Of a DNA stretch of 64,000 nucleotides, positions 50,971 through 64,000 are shown one piece after another. Both the position numbers and the translations under genes were made by a program. The stretch lies in contig NC_043009.1 of NCBI RefSeq assembly GCF_006345805.1, positions 22,816,001 through 22,880,000 of the forward strand, in the 5' to 3' direction. Position 1 is the stretch's first letter, and the number at the start of each line of letters is the position of its first letter. Below the pieces are notes generated by a model. It did no database searches. It saw only the letters and a program-made list of their open reading frames with translations, and was not told where the DNA came from. The stretch comes from Octopus sinensis (taxonomy: Eukaryota).

Positions 50971-51929
50971 ATAAAGAAAGTATCCCCTGTTTCTATCTGA
51001 TCTTATATTCTCGAAGACTTGGTGTACTTCGGTCCTTCACCCCCAACCACCCCACTAAACAGACCTATGGCTTGGAGGGTTGGCTAATCAAATAATTAGA
51101 AACTGTCTGAGATAAGCCTAAGACCACAGGATATATCATGCTTCTACAATGGCTAGCATGTTTATTTGCACTGAACATCATCGTACAATTACCGTTATTA
51201 TTGTGTGGAAACAAAATATTGAACTGCCAAGCAAACAGGTCTTGGGTTCAAATCCACAGCATGTATTTCATTATGTGTCAGGGATTACATGCTTCATTTA
51301 GCTGTTGGTAATTATACATCAGACATTCTATGAACATTAGCTACAACTTAACTATTTTCTTCTGAAACTGGGTCTTTTTTCTCTTTTTGATATTCTTTTC
51401 CTGTCTTAAAGTTACTTGGCAACGTCACTAGTGCTGGTGGCATGAGAAATGCATCCAGTTCACACTGTAAAATAGTTGGTGTAAGGAAGGCAAAAACTGA
51501 CATTGGAGCTTAACACAGGTCTGTGGCTCACTGGAGCCAGTTGTCTTGAGGTTTGATAACAAGTCTCCTCAAATCTTAAGTATTTTTCTTCAGATTCTTG
51601 CAGAGTATAGGACAGCATTTTGCTGCAGGTTGTCAACCTGTGTTTTAACAAGTTAACCACTGCAACCTGTTACTGGAATATAACGGTGTTGCTACATATT
51701 TCTGGTCACATTGCATACTGTCTAATTACAAGGAAACATTATTTTTTTTTTGCATTTTTACAATACTTCATAATTAAACTTTAATATTTAGCAGTTATGT
51801 TACTAAAATATCCTTGAAACCATGTCAAATATGCAGAATAAAATATTTTCTCAAATTGTGAAAATGTACCACTGGTGGTGCATGTGGCAGTTGAAAAAAG
51901 TTTGTGATGAATCACTAGTGCTACATGTT

Positions 51930-52180
51930 GTGGTTAATGTATTAATTTTAATATCCTTCAGGCTCTGTGATAGCAGTTTGGGTGCTGTGCCAAGTGCACC
52001 AATTACCACTAGAATAATTGTTCTTCCACAATCTCTTCATCTCTCTGGTTCAGTTCTGATATTTCTCAGTTTCAATGATATCCACTCTTCTGTCTTAATG
52101 CAAAGTCTATGATCATGCACTGTTTGATTCTTCTGTCCTCCACAATCATATCCGTTCTTCTTGCTTCAGTAATATTAACA
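51930..52180 (-). mobile_element. Decayed RLE-type LINE endonuclease fragment
   Basis: EARRTDMIVEDRRIKQCMIIDFA...EKYQ...RLW...VVIGALGTAPKLL. Confidence 0.75.
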
Positions 52181-52338
52181 ATCATTATGGAGAAAGCCTG
52201 TAAAATCCTATAATGATGACATTCACCATCATGGCCTCTGGTTCAGGTCAAATAACATTACAGCTGTGATCATTATGTCCTTATTTAGGGAATGTATGCT
52301 CTCTTAAGATTTAGTACCAGGGGCTGGGTTTGCATCAG

Positions 52339-52418
52339 CATTTGAAAATCTTTTGGAAAAAGTCTGAGGCCCACAGTTCTCTGTGGGCCTCAGACTTTTT
52401 CTAAAAGATTTTCAAATG
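52339..52418. repeat. 80-nt near-perfect hairpin (38-bp arms, 4-nt loop)
   Basis: CATTTGAAAATCTTTTGGAAAAAGTCTGAGGCCCACAG-TTCT-CTGTGGGCCTCAGACTTTTTCTAAAAGATTTTCAAATG; 37/38 Watson-Crick, and the exception is a G-U in the plus transcript. Confidence 0.95.
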
Positions 52419-54335
52419 TAATGTATTTGCAGGTCGCTGAGCCATTGATGACTTACTTTTAGGTTGTCTTTTTGTGTCACAATTTGTTTCACTTTTGCTT
52501 ACCTTAGCTTTATGAATGGTAAAAATATATGGTTACTCAGTGGGTAAAGTATCATTTATTGGTGTCTGTGTTGGTGACACGTAAAAAGCACCAACCGATC
52601 ATGGCTGTTTGCCAGCCTCCTCTGACCCCTGTGCCAGTGGCATGTAAAAAGCACCCACTACACTCATCGAGTGGTTGGCGTTAGGAAGGGCACCCAGCTG
52701 TAGAAACACTGCCAGATCAGACTGGAGCCTAGCACAACCTCCTGGCTTCCCACACCCCTGTAGAACTGTCCAACCCGTGCTAGCATGGAAAACTGATGTT
52801 AAACGATGATGATGATGGTGATGATGACCACCACCATTGATTTAATCTCCACTTTTCCTTCCTCACATGGATTGGAAGAAATTTGTTGAGACAGATTGTT
52901 GTATGGCCAGATGCCCTTTCTCATGCCAACCCTCGCCTATTTCCAAACAAGGTAATATTTCTCTCTGACTAGATATGTTTTCCTGAAAGATTGAAAATGA
53001 GAAACATTGTTTAATGGCAATGTTCATTTAAAACAATATCATCATGTCAAGGCTACAACAGCAACACACACACTCACACACCCTATACAGGCTTCTTTCA
53101 GTTTCTGCCTACAAAATCTACTCACAGAGCTTTAGTCAGGCTAGGGCTGTAGTAAAAGGCACTTGCCCAAGGTTTTACACAGTGGGATTGAACCGAAAAC
53201 ACTGTGATTGAAAAGCAAATTTTTTACCTCGCATCCCTGGCTCTGACATAATATATGGGCCATTAAAGAGAAGTTACTGATCTCTGACTTAAGAACTTAG
53301 AAGAATATAGTCCCTAACCCATCCCTACCCCCCGGGGCATGCACACACACTCGCACTCTTTAATGCCAGCTGGAAGTTTGTTGAGAGGAAGAGAGAAGCA
53401 AACAGACATACAGACAGAAATATAATTGCTTCAATAAAACAAGACCTTAATAGCTTTGCAGATTTGTTTGTGAGATCACACTTAAATCTTTAGCATTTAA
53501 ACCAGTTATATTTGGCCCAAATTTCTACCAGTTTTATGTTCAGCCTGGCTAGATTTCGCCTCTCATACCCTACTTTAAAATGTCATATTAAGAATAAATG
53601 TTCACCTGATCGAAATCTCAAAGCTATGAGATAATGTGTGATTAATTCAAAACTATGAATAAATAAGCATTATATTTGACAGTAATTGTTTAATGTCCAC
53701 CTTCTATGCTGGTATGGGTTAACGAGTTAAACATTGCCATTCTATGTTGACTAAACTCTAGGAATATTTCTTCTAAGACATGTTGTTTTAAGAGGCAGGG
53801 ATTTAAAATGTGTAGTGCTTATTTTAAGGAATGTTAAGGAGTTTCTTTCTTGGCAGGCAATTTTGAGATTGTCAGTAACATAGGATGGTTCTTAAGCTTT
53901 TGCAGAATTTCCAATTGCAGCCTCATTACATTTCATATCTAATTAATTTGATTACATTTCATGTTTTCTAAATCATTGACAAGGCTGGCCTTCTTCAGAG
54001 TATTGACTAAGAATAATGGAAGAGCTTCAAGGTGTTCTTGATGGTAATTAACACCAGGATTCTCATGAAGACAAGATTGAACTGGAGATTTGTAAACACA
54101 TTCCACCGACCTGTCTCTGCTTCTGTTACTCAACTTAGAGTTGGACTTTTTAACTATTGCTATCATGCTAAACACCAGGTTTTATGGGATGTTATGCTTT
54201 GGAGGCTTCTGTAGCTTGATAGAAGATGAAAACTAATTACCTACATTGAAGTTATTAGCAGACACACGCAACATGAGAATGAGAACCTACCAGAGCTAAT
54301 GGGGAGCAGAAGATTACAGATCTGGCAGAGTTTAA

Positions 54336-54556
54336 CCCTTTAGTGTTCGCATTATTCTGCCAAAATTAATCCTTTTTTATCCACATTGGTTTGAACTAAT
54401 CAGGCATTATCTTGGAGCTATGAGATTTTGATGAGGTAGCTATTAATTTTTAAAACGATATTGTAGGGCTGGTGTGAGAGACCAGATCTGGCCAGTTTGA
54501 ACATAAAACAGGCAGAATACTTTTGGCCGGATATGGCCGGTTTAAATGCTAAAGGG
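54336..54556. mobile_element. piggyBac-type MITE family 1, intact
   Basis: TTAA at 54332-54335 and 54557-54560; CCCTTTAG...CTAAAGGG termini. Confidence 0.8.
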
Positions 54557-56724
54557 TTAAATGTGGCTCAGTTGCCACCTCTTGAAGAACTAGAATATCA
54601 TCTTAAGTCTAAGCTGTATTGTTTAACCTTTTTGTAACTACATGACAAGGGACCAAGACTTCTGGTGATTTACTCTGCTTGAGAGGACACATCAAGCTAA
54701 ATAAAATCATGGCTATCCAAAGGCATGTCCTTTATAGCCATGCACCCCCCCACACACACACATACCATAACTCTCTCTCTCAGCTGAGCGGTCTTTGTCT
54801 TGCAGGCCTATGGGTGCTGGTGCCACATAAAAAGCACCTGCTTCAGTGTCACATAAAAAGCACCTGTTGTGGTACCATCTGGGAAAGCCCCCTTGCCAGT
54901 TCCTCATAGGAAAGTACTGGTGCCAGTGCCACATAAAAAGCACTCATGTTGGTGCCACATATGAAGCACCCATGACAGTACCACATAAATAGCACCCAGT
55001 ACACTTTGTAAAGTGGTTAGCATTAGGAAGGGCATCCAGCTGTAGAAACTATGCCATCAAGCTTGTCTGCTCCCGCCAAACTGTCCAACCCATACCAGCA
55101 TGGAAAATGGATGTTAAATGATGATGATGATGATGATGGTGGAAGTGATTTCTAAGGTGCAGGTGTGGCTATGTGATTAAGAAGCTAGCTTTCCAGTCAT
55201 GTTGTCTTGGGATTTATTTAGCTTCACTGTGCAACACTTTGAGCTAGTTTCTTCTCCTGCTATAGCCCCAGGCCAACCAAAGCTTTGTTGGTGGATCTGG
55301 TAAACCGAAACTGAAAGAAGCTCATTGTGTTGTGGTGGAGGGATGTGTGTGTGTACTTTTGCCTAGACATGTGATAGTTGTACATGAGCATCTCTATCAT
55401 ACAAGCAGTGTAGTTTGTTTCCAGTCTTCCTTAAAAAACATGTCTGACCATGAGGAAATATTACCTTGCTTGGAAACAAATAAGGGCTGGCAACAGAAAG
55501 GGCATATAGCTTTAGGAAAGAAAAACCTTGCCTCAGCAGATTTTGTCTGACTCATGCAATCATGGAAAAGAGGACATTAAAACAATGATGAGGTGATGAT
55601 GATTTCTAACTGAATACATTACCGAAATGTTTCAATTAAATTTGAAAACAATCAAGAACTTTAATGGACTTTCTAAGATAACTTGTCTATTATTAAAATA
55701 GTGTTTGGAACATAACTTAACTGGATGTTTGCACATAAAATTACTATGCGAGATTTTAATTTAGATAAGAACTCTTCAAAACTTCCGAAAAAGAAAAAAA
55801 AAAGAAGATAGAGAATCTTGGGTGGGCTACAATGAAAATGATTGATGTAGGAACTTGAAAATGTGTAACATTTTGCTTTAAAAAAATGGAAGTTTAGGTG
55901 ACCTGAGATTCATCTGCTACAGCGAACCTGTCTCAGAAGTTCAGAAGAATTCTTCCAACTTTAGTTTGGTTACATTTCCTGTTTGCCTATTCAGTACCTT
56001 TGCCTTATTTATTCACTTATTTATTTATCTATTCATTTATTTGTCATTTTTCTTCTTTTACTACATATAAATTTCTCGCCTTAATTTAAGATTAACTTTT
56101 TCTCTCTTTCTCTCTCTCTCTTTCTCTCTCTCTCTTTCCCCTCTCCTTTCCTTTCATTTCCAGATTTTGGAAGTTTTGTTTTGCAATAACAGGTTTATTA
56201 CATAATTCCCCTCCACACACACATTCTTCTTATTTTTTGAGGAAAAAGTAAGAGAAATTGCATGGCAGTGGAGGGTGGAGGGAGAGAAAAAACCATACAA
56301 CAAAACTTACTGAGTTGTTTTGCTAATTGGCTCACATGCTAAATATATGTAAGTTCTACTATACATACATGCATACATACACAAATATACACCTGAGTGG
56401 TGTGTGTGTGCATGCATGTTGACGTAAACACACCTGTAGGTATACCTTCATACAGAAGTGTGTTTTGTGCATACATCATCATCATCATTTCCATGTGTGT
56501 GTCTGTATGTATATGTGTGTGTGTGTGTGTTTATATGCATGGGTAAAATATAATTCTCCATCTGAGTATCTATTTACATCATGTTGTGTGAGTCTAAGTA
56601 TGTGCGTATTTATGTGTGTGTGTGTCTGTACGTGTGTGTCTGTGTATATGTATGCATATATATCTGTGTATATGTGTGTGCATGTATGTATGTATGTATG
56701 TATGTGTATAAATATATATGTATG

Positions 56725-56768
<44 letters not shown>

Positions 56769-57630
56769 TAGATAGATGGATAGATAGACATGTACCTGTA
56801 TGTGTGTATACGTGTGTACCTGTATGGGTGTGTGTGTATATGTATCTATATATTTGTGTGTATGTGTGCATGTGTATCTGTATGTGTGTATATGTAGAAT
56901 AGCCTTGCTTATACAAATACAACACATGTATACACACACACACTTATATACATAAATAAACATTCAGTGGTCCAGAAACAAGGCAGAAATTAAACATTTG
57001 CTTTAAAAGAAAAATTACTGCCAGTTTGTATCTGCAGTTTGCAAAGAAATATGAATGTGTGTATCCTCTGCACACTGTCTATATATTCAAGTCTATATAT
57101 GTAGTTTATGTTTGTGCATATTCTATACATTTAAGTGTATATAAAATGCGTGTGTGAGTATTCTTATGACTGTTGATGTGTGTGCCTTATCTATATAACC
57201 ATGTATGTGTGTGTATGTGGGTATGTATATCTACATGTGTGTATATATATATGCATGTATGTATGCATGTATGTATGTATGATATATGTATATCATACAT
57301 ACATGACATATATACATTGTATGATATATATGTTATATATATCATATTTTTATTTATGCGCCCTTTTCAAACCTAGCCAGGCTCATGGGCCCGGTTTCCC
57401 GGTTTCTGTGGCATATGTGTTTCTCCCCACCCCCAGCTGGACTGGGCGCCAGTCCATCGCAGCGTTACTCAAGAAACAGGAAGAAAGAAATTTGGGGCAA
57501 AAGAGTACAACAGGGGTCTCCACCCCACCCCCCTGCCAGAGCCTCGTGGAGCTTTAAGTGTTTTTGCTCAATAAACACACACAACGCCCGGTCTGGGAAT
57601 CGAAACCGCAAGTCCACTGCCCTAACCACT

Positions 57631-57666
<36 letters not shown>

Positions 57667-58393
57667 AATACATGCACATTTGTATGTGTTCATGAATATT
57701 CTTAAGGATGTGCATGTATGCATGTTTATATATGTTTCTAGACATGCACTGCATGTTTCCATGTGTGCACATGCATGTATACCCCCTGTAAGATAAGCAA
57801 TATCTCACCGCAGTTATGTGACAATTGTTTGGAAGACTAGCTGTATGCTAGTAAGGTTGCAGTGTCCTTGAACAACAGTATTAGGAGTGATGACTATGAT
57901 GATGATGATAATGATTTCAATGGCAATGGTGATGACAATCTCTTGACATTCTTCAGTGTCTACTTGGTATATTTGGGTGATGACTTTGGTTATGATGCTT
58001 GTGGCGGTGGGGGTGGACAGCTATATTTGGCACAGTTAGTCTCTCTTTCTCTTTTTCTCTCACTCTCTCATCTCCCATCTTATTCTCTCTCTTTTAATCA
58101 TCCTTCTTCACTCATTCTCTCTCTCTATCACTTTCTCATTTACTCTCCTCTCTCCCTCTTTTTCTCCCATACATTTCTCCCCTTCTTTCATTCACTTCTC
58201 ATCTCCCCTAGGCCCTCGTGCTCTACTCAGATACTTCATAAACGGTGTCAGTGAAGGTTCTTGTTTCATTCTCTCACCCCACCACCATCATTCCTCCAGC
58301 CGAATCTGATTGCGGAATTGACAATAAGAGACTGCAAGTACTGTTCTTTATTTAAAATGTAGAGCATCAGAGGCCCTTGCATTATATATATAT

Positions 58394-58442
<49 letters not shown>

Positions 58443-60149
58443 GACACACACACACATAGCGTGTGTGTTTGCATAACACTGATAACTATGCAGGCACATA
58501 CACATGCATGTACACTTCTACATCCACATGTGCATATATTGTGTATATTGTTGTCTGAGAATCTATGCTAGTATGTAAAAACTTCAGCTAACAGCTTCAT
58601 AGTGAGATGAATTCAGATACATATGCACATACAGATACTTAGTTGTGTGCAGACATGCATTAACAAATGCATTCATATTTGTGCTTTTGCATAAGCCTTC
58701 CATCCACTAAAGAGTCCAGGCCATCATTGTCTTTCTGCCACTGTTCTCAACTCTGAGCTGCATTTTTTGCTCTCTCTCTCTCTCTTCTGTTAGATCCCTG
58801 CATTTTGGAGTCTAAGTATCCTATCTCCAGCTATTTTGGGGGACATCCCCTCTTTCTGCCTCCCTTGTAGGTTTCAGATCAGAGCCCGACATATAATGTA
58901 CGATGTTAGTTTCCTTTCAGATTTCCCTGCACTGCATCATATGGTTCTCTGAAGGAAGGCCCCTCCTCCTCCCCCCAGGTCTAGTTTTGTTTTGAACTAT
59001 CACAAATGCTTGTATAACTTGGCTTTTTTATTTGCTTCTAGGTAATGGTGTTGGCCCTACGCTAACCCATTTTTAACCTTTCAGAAGGAATAGTCCGTAT
59101 TGGTCTGGCCCTTATCCTTTGTACTGCACTGGCATGGCTCTCAGGGTCATTGAGGCCCACAACGCAACACAGCACATCAAGGACTGCACCTTTTGGTGGG
59201 TCCACACTTTTATGTTTTCCTTTTTCTCTTAGAAATTTCTAGTCCTTCCTCTTGAGAACATTATCCTTCTGGAACCTTCCCACTCCTGCTTATGTTTTTG
59301 ATGGCTGCATTGATTTGTAGATGTTCAAGAACATCAGCTACCTCAGTCACACTGGTCTCAGTAAACATGCAATGGTTATGGATGGCAACCTTTTTCTTCC
59401 AAACTGTTTCAAAAGAAAGAGTAGGGGTTATATTAGTGGATATGTGTAGCTTAGTGGTTAGGGTCTAGGACTCGTGATCATAAGATTGTGGTTTTGATTT
59501 CTGGATGAGGCAATGCATCGTGTTTCTGAGCAAAACAAAACACTTCATTTCACGTTGATCCATTCCATCAGCTGGCAAAAATGAGTGATCCTGTGACAGA
59601 CCGGCATCCCATTTAGGTGGGGAATATACCAGCAATGGAAACTAGGATACTGACCCTTATGAGTGAGCATGACTTGAGAAAGAATCTTTAACTTTTATGG
59701 GTTATATTAAGTACCAGTCATTTAGAAGGACTGATTTAATTACCTGTTCCCTTCCTGCTCACAGAAAAATATTTCTGATCTTATGACAACTTTACAACTT
59801 TTTGTTGTTGATGTTGTCATTGCTGTCAACCTTGCCATTTGCTCAAGGGCCAATTTTGCTTTGCATTAATCTGACTCATTAACATTAATGCTAATCATAT
59901 CCCAGGTTTGATTAATCCATTCAACACTGTATTTCTGTTGAAATACACTGACTGTGTTTCAAATAATTTTAAAAACAATGAAGAACTTAGTAAAAGATCT
60001 TTGTTGTTATTTATTAATCTGGTGTTTGAGACAATTTAACAAGAATTTTTGATGGGAAGTTTTAAGGTAGAACAGTTTAAAACAGGAGGTTTGCATCATA
60101 AAAACAGGTGTGGGTTAATGTCAAACAATCTTGAAAATGACAAAAAAAA

Positions 60150-60470
60150 AACCCCCTCAAGGTCTTGTCCAAGATGTGTGCACGGGTATGAAACTGTCCT
60201 ACACACCATAGTTCAGTGTTCACGCATATCAATTTTTGAGCTTGTTTGAAATAAGTGATATCTCTTGTAAGACAAATCCAGCATTCTACTGAGTCTGTTG
60301 TGAAAATTCAGTGCAGCAGCTTCTTTCTTTGATAAGGGAAGGACAGCCAGTCTTCCTCTGCTTGGGGGACTGGTCTAAAAGGATTGAAGGTTGGCATTTT
60401 TCGACCCAGCCAAGCTCTCAACTTCAAGTATCACTTGAAAAGGAAGGTGAGTGTAGAGGGGGAGGTGCTA
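60150..60470 (+). mobile_element. L1/Tx1-type LINE 3' remnant (zf-RVT)
   Basis: SCPRCVHGYETVLHTIVQC fits the C-x2-C...ET..H....C zinc knuckle; rest decayed. Confidence 0.6.
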
Positions 60471-60477
60471 CCTTCCA

Positions 60478-60685
60478 CTCCTTTACTTGTTTCAGTCATT
60501 TGACTGGCCATGCTGGAGCACCACCATTAGTCGAGCAAATCAACCCCAGGACTTATTCTTTGTAAGCCTAGTACTTATTCTATCGGTCTCTTTTGCCGAA
60601 CCACTAAGTTACAAGGCGTAAACACACCAGCATCGGTTGTCAAGCGATGTTGACGGGGCAAATACAGACACACAAATATATACAC

Positions 60686-60716
<31 letters not shown>

Positions 60717-60723
60717 AAAATTA

Positions 60724-60768
<45 letters not shown>

Positions 60769-61085
60769 TCATCATCATCATCATCATTTAACGTCCGCTT
60801 TCCATGCTAGTATGGGTTATATATATATATATATACACACAACCCATGCTAGCACCGTCCAACCCATGCTAGCATGGAAATCGGACGCTAAACGATGATG
60901 ATGATGACACACACATACATATATACAACGCATTTCTTTCAGTTTCTGTCTACCAAATCCACTCACAAGGCTTTGGTCGGCCCGAAGCTATAGTAGAGGA
61001 CACTTGCCCAAGGTGCCACGCAGTGGGACTGAACCTGGAACCATGTGGTTCATAAGCAAGCTACTTACCACACAGCCACTCCTTC
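60478..61085 (-). mobile_element. SINE family A copy whose internal microsatellite holds two inverted RTE tails (60767-60906)
   Basis: Family match on both sides of the insertion. Confidence 0.85.
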
Positions 61086-62574
61086 GCTTGTAGAATATCA
61101 GTAAAAACTGATAAGAAATAAATTCAGTATAAAGGTTAGATGTGTCTGATGCTAATTACCATAAAATGAAGCATGTTAGTAAGTGCATGCAGTACATTTT
61201 GAAGGTGGTTGATGTTAGAAAGGACATCCTGCCCTAGAAACAATGCCAAAATAAAATGATCCACTAACCATAGTAAAAAAAAACCTTCAAATAAGAACTG
61301 ACTGAGGCCATGATGGCTTGTCTAATAGCAACATGGTAAATGGACATAAAATGATGATGGTTATAAAGTAAGCCATCAGATTAGCTGGGCTTTGAAGATA
61401 GCATTCATTGACTGAAGGAGAGACATGTACTGGTATGGTGGTATATGTAGTGAATGCTTGATCTAAGTAATTCTGCTTATGGACATTGCAAAGTGGAATT
61501 GGCAAGAGATGGTGTTGGGTGGGGGTCTGAAGAAAATAGAAGTAGCAGTAAGAATGTTGTCAAGATATTAGGAGTCATAGGAGAAAATGGTGTGGGGATT
61601 AAAATGAGAAGTGGATTTGTGTGTTGCAAACCTGTACAACTCATAGCAGCACAGAAAAGCGGACTTTAAAATGATAATGGTGGTGGTGGTGGGGGGGGGG
61701 GGGGGCTGGCAGCGACAGCAGCTACTGCTGCAGAGAACAATGGGTTATTTTGGCATTTAGATTCCAATAGAAAGCATATTCATCTCCTAATTTAAATGGC
61801 TTCCTTCCAGTTGAATTCTTTCAGTCTCTGAAATGATTTGTGTTCTAGATAGCAAGTCAACAAAACATCACTTGTCAGTTATACAGGGCAGTGGCAGGAG
61901 ATTGCAAAAAAACATTAGCGTGTCACTCCTGCAGTATTTATAGTCCTGTACAATCTGAGTTTAAATCCTAAGCCAATTTTGCTTTCATTCTTTTAGGGTC
62001 TATGAAACGATTTTATTTGTCAAGAAATGAAGTTCATTAAACCCTATCATGCTGTGTTCCTGCTATAGCGAGGAGGGGTTCAATGCCATCTCTACCGGAT
62101 TCCCGGTGAAGAGGTAATGACCAGCAAATGTAGAAAAAGAAGATGCAGTAGGTTCTGTCCATTAATTTGCCTGCAATCATTAATTCTTGAGCTGTATAGG
62201 CAGCTATTTATTTTTTTGATCAGGAGCCCAGGTAGAGGGTAAAGTTAGATACAAGAGGCCCTGGTCCGAGAGGGTTAATCAAGTATACCCTCTCTCCAAA
62301 TTTGTTGCCAGTCATCATCATCAGTTTAACATCCACATTTCCATGCCTGCATGGGTGACAGAATTTGCTGTGGCAGATTTTATATGACTGGATGCCCTTC
62401 TTCTCACCAGTGTTCACCCATTTCTAAGCAAGTTACCATTGCCCCATGGCCAGATGTTTTTGGAGTATTAAAAATGAGGAAAAATTGTTTGTGCAATGGT
62501 GACACATTTAAAACCATGATGCTATGACAAAAACATGTGGTGGGGACACACACACTATGGGTTTCTTTCAGTTG

Positions 62575-63510
62575 ACATCAAATTGTTAAAAGAAAATTAG
62601 GATAGGAATGAGTCCTAATGAGATGGAGGTGGATGTACATTTGTGCTTTGGCCACTCAACATGTCAATGAACAAGCCTTTTAAGATGAACATGTGTGCCA
62701 AGTGGAATGAATGGATGATTAATGGTGACAAAGAAATGACAGTCTAGGAGCTTTAAAATGCCCTGACCTTAAGAGGGTTTACTAGTGGGTGATAGATTCA
62801 TATGCTGAAATAGCGAGTGAACTTGCAGTGAAAACATTTTTGAAGTGCGGGATCTCAAATTCCATGGATGGTATGTAAGACGACGAGCTACTTTGTCTGT
62901 GCAAGAAATGTTAGCCCCAGTGCTTCATCAGTTAATGAAGATGAGATAAGTGAAGACAAAGATCAGGCTGTATAGGACAAGACCAACACAACCAAGGAAT
63001 TTTATCAGTTATTTGGTGAAAGTGATGATGAATATAACTTGATTCTTCCTTTGTTTATTTATCCAATTTTTCTCACAGTGTTTTATACACTTCCTTACAA
63101 TTTAAAACGGTTTATTGTATTTTTTTTCCAATCATAGCACATATAACTGCATGGTTTTGTGTGTCAGTTGCTGGAAAAGTGTCCTAATAATAAAATGCAT
63201 AAATCAAAAAGTAAAGGTAAAGGATCGAAGCAATTAAGTCTCAATACGATAAACAAGTCAACTAGCGTTATCAAGGATAAAATTTTACATTATAAACAAC
63301 AGTTTCTAAATTCCATGGACTTAATGGGATCACAGTTGTTGTGAGTCATCTTCAGCTTACCGAAGGCTCGGTTACCAAACAACAACTATGTCTTTCCTCT
63401 ACAACATCAAAAAGTTGCTGCAACTTATAGTTGGGTCAATGATAAAACTCTCAATTTGAAACTTGTAATGTAAGGTGCATCTATAGGTGCGGGTGTTTTA
63501 TAGTCAAGTA
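62575..63510 (+). pseudogene. pogo/Tigger-type transposase 3' remnant with right terminal region
   Basis: LNMSMNKPFKMNMCAKWNEWMINGDK...KTFLKCGISNSMDG...LFGESDDE; terminal GGTGCATCTATAGGTGCGGGTGTTTTATAGTCAAGTATATATGGT resembles a pogo right end. Confidence 0.75.
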
Positions 63511-63519
63511 TATATGGTG

Positions 63520-63578
<59 letters not shown>

Positions 63579-63582
63579 CATA

Positions 63583-63965
63583 CTCTTTTCCTTGTTTCAG
63601 TCATTTGACTACAGCCATGCTGGAGCACTGCCTTTAGATGAAGAAATCGACCCCAGAAATTATTCTTTGTAAGCCTAGTACTTATTCTAGCAGTCTCTTT
63701 TACCGAACCACTAAGTGACGGGGATGTAAACACAACAGTGTCAGTTGTCAAGTGATGTTGGGGGACAAACATATACACATACATACATACATATATATAT
63801 ATGACAGGCTTCTTTCAGTTTTCATCTACCAAATCCTCTCACAAGGCTTTGGTCGGCCTGAAGCTATAGTAGAAGACACTTGCCCAAGGTGCCACGCAGT
63901 GGGACTGAACCCAGAACCATGTGGTTGGTAAGCAAGCTACTTACCACACAGCCACTCCTGCGCCT
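63583..63965 (-). mobile_element. Full-length SINE family A copy
   Basis: Reverse complement of AGGCGCAGGAGTGGCTGTGTGGTAAG through the 3' end. Confidence 0.9.
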
Positions 63966-64000
63966 ATATATAAATATATGTATATATATGTGTGTGTGTG

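Noticed and set aside
51138-51311. 57-aa ORF with signal-peptide-like start (MLLQWLACLFALNIIVQLPLLLCG)
   Set aside because: The 3' half overlaps a decayed SINE-head-like B box (GGGTTCAAATCC); no homology or splice support; hydrophobic starts are common in AT-rich DNA.
58210-58385. Open frames on both strands beside a long polypyrimidine tract
   Set aside because: The tract is a degenerate (CT)n repeat and the peptides are not recognisable.
58700-59260. Decayed coding-like purine-rich sequence on the minus strand
   Set aside because: Probably a retroelement fragment, but no diagnostic motif could be read, so it is left unassigned.
61680-61706. G-run / G-quadruplex candidate
   Set aside because: A homopolymer adjoining a (GGT)n microsatellite; length is unreliable in assemblies and there is no functional context.
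62084-62104. ACCGG-ATTC-CCGGT-GAAG as another hammerhead stem II
   Set aside because: No upstream CTGANGA and no GAAA/NUH arrangement.
1-64000. Most ORF-track entries rich in YI/CV/HT/II repeats
   Set aside because: Translations of (TA)n, (TG)n, (CA)n and (ATT)n microsatellites or of SINE bodies; no domain content.

Overview
AT-rich (roughly one-third GC by eye), microsatellite-saturated eukaryotic DNA with one 100-N gap (18710-18809). The repeat families resemble those I recall from octopus (coleoid cephalopod) genomes; this is inferred, not searched. No host protein-coding gene, rRNA, true tRNA or CRISPR array can be supported, and almost all listed ORFs are microsatellite translations or decayed transposon fragments. 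The window holds a Neptune-type Penelope-like element (RT + GIY-YIG), a 2.7-kb RTE LINE with a PHD finger inside its RT and several RLE-type LINE ends. It also holds three mariners, pogo, Merlin, hAT and L1/Tx1 remnants, TTAA (piggyBac-type) MITEs, Helitron/Helentron derivatives, a putative LTR and at least three tRNA-derived SINE families. The top observation is a non-coding 404-bp tandem unit (1.57 copies, 43774-44408, minus strand) carrying a type I hammerhead ribozyme with a palindromic helix III, i.e. a candidate non-LTR retrozyme / circular-RNA retroelement. Two further degenerate hammerhead-like relics and a Penelope-type RT occur in the same window. Other notable structures are a three-level nested transposon (38895-40921), an 80-nt near-perfect hairpin (52339-52418) and an (ATT)n-associated retroposon pile-up (29.1-33.7 kb).
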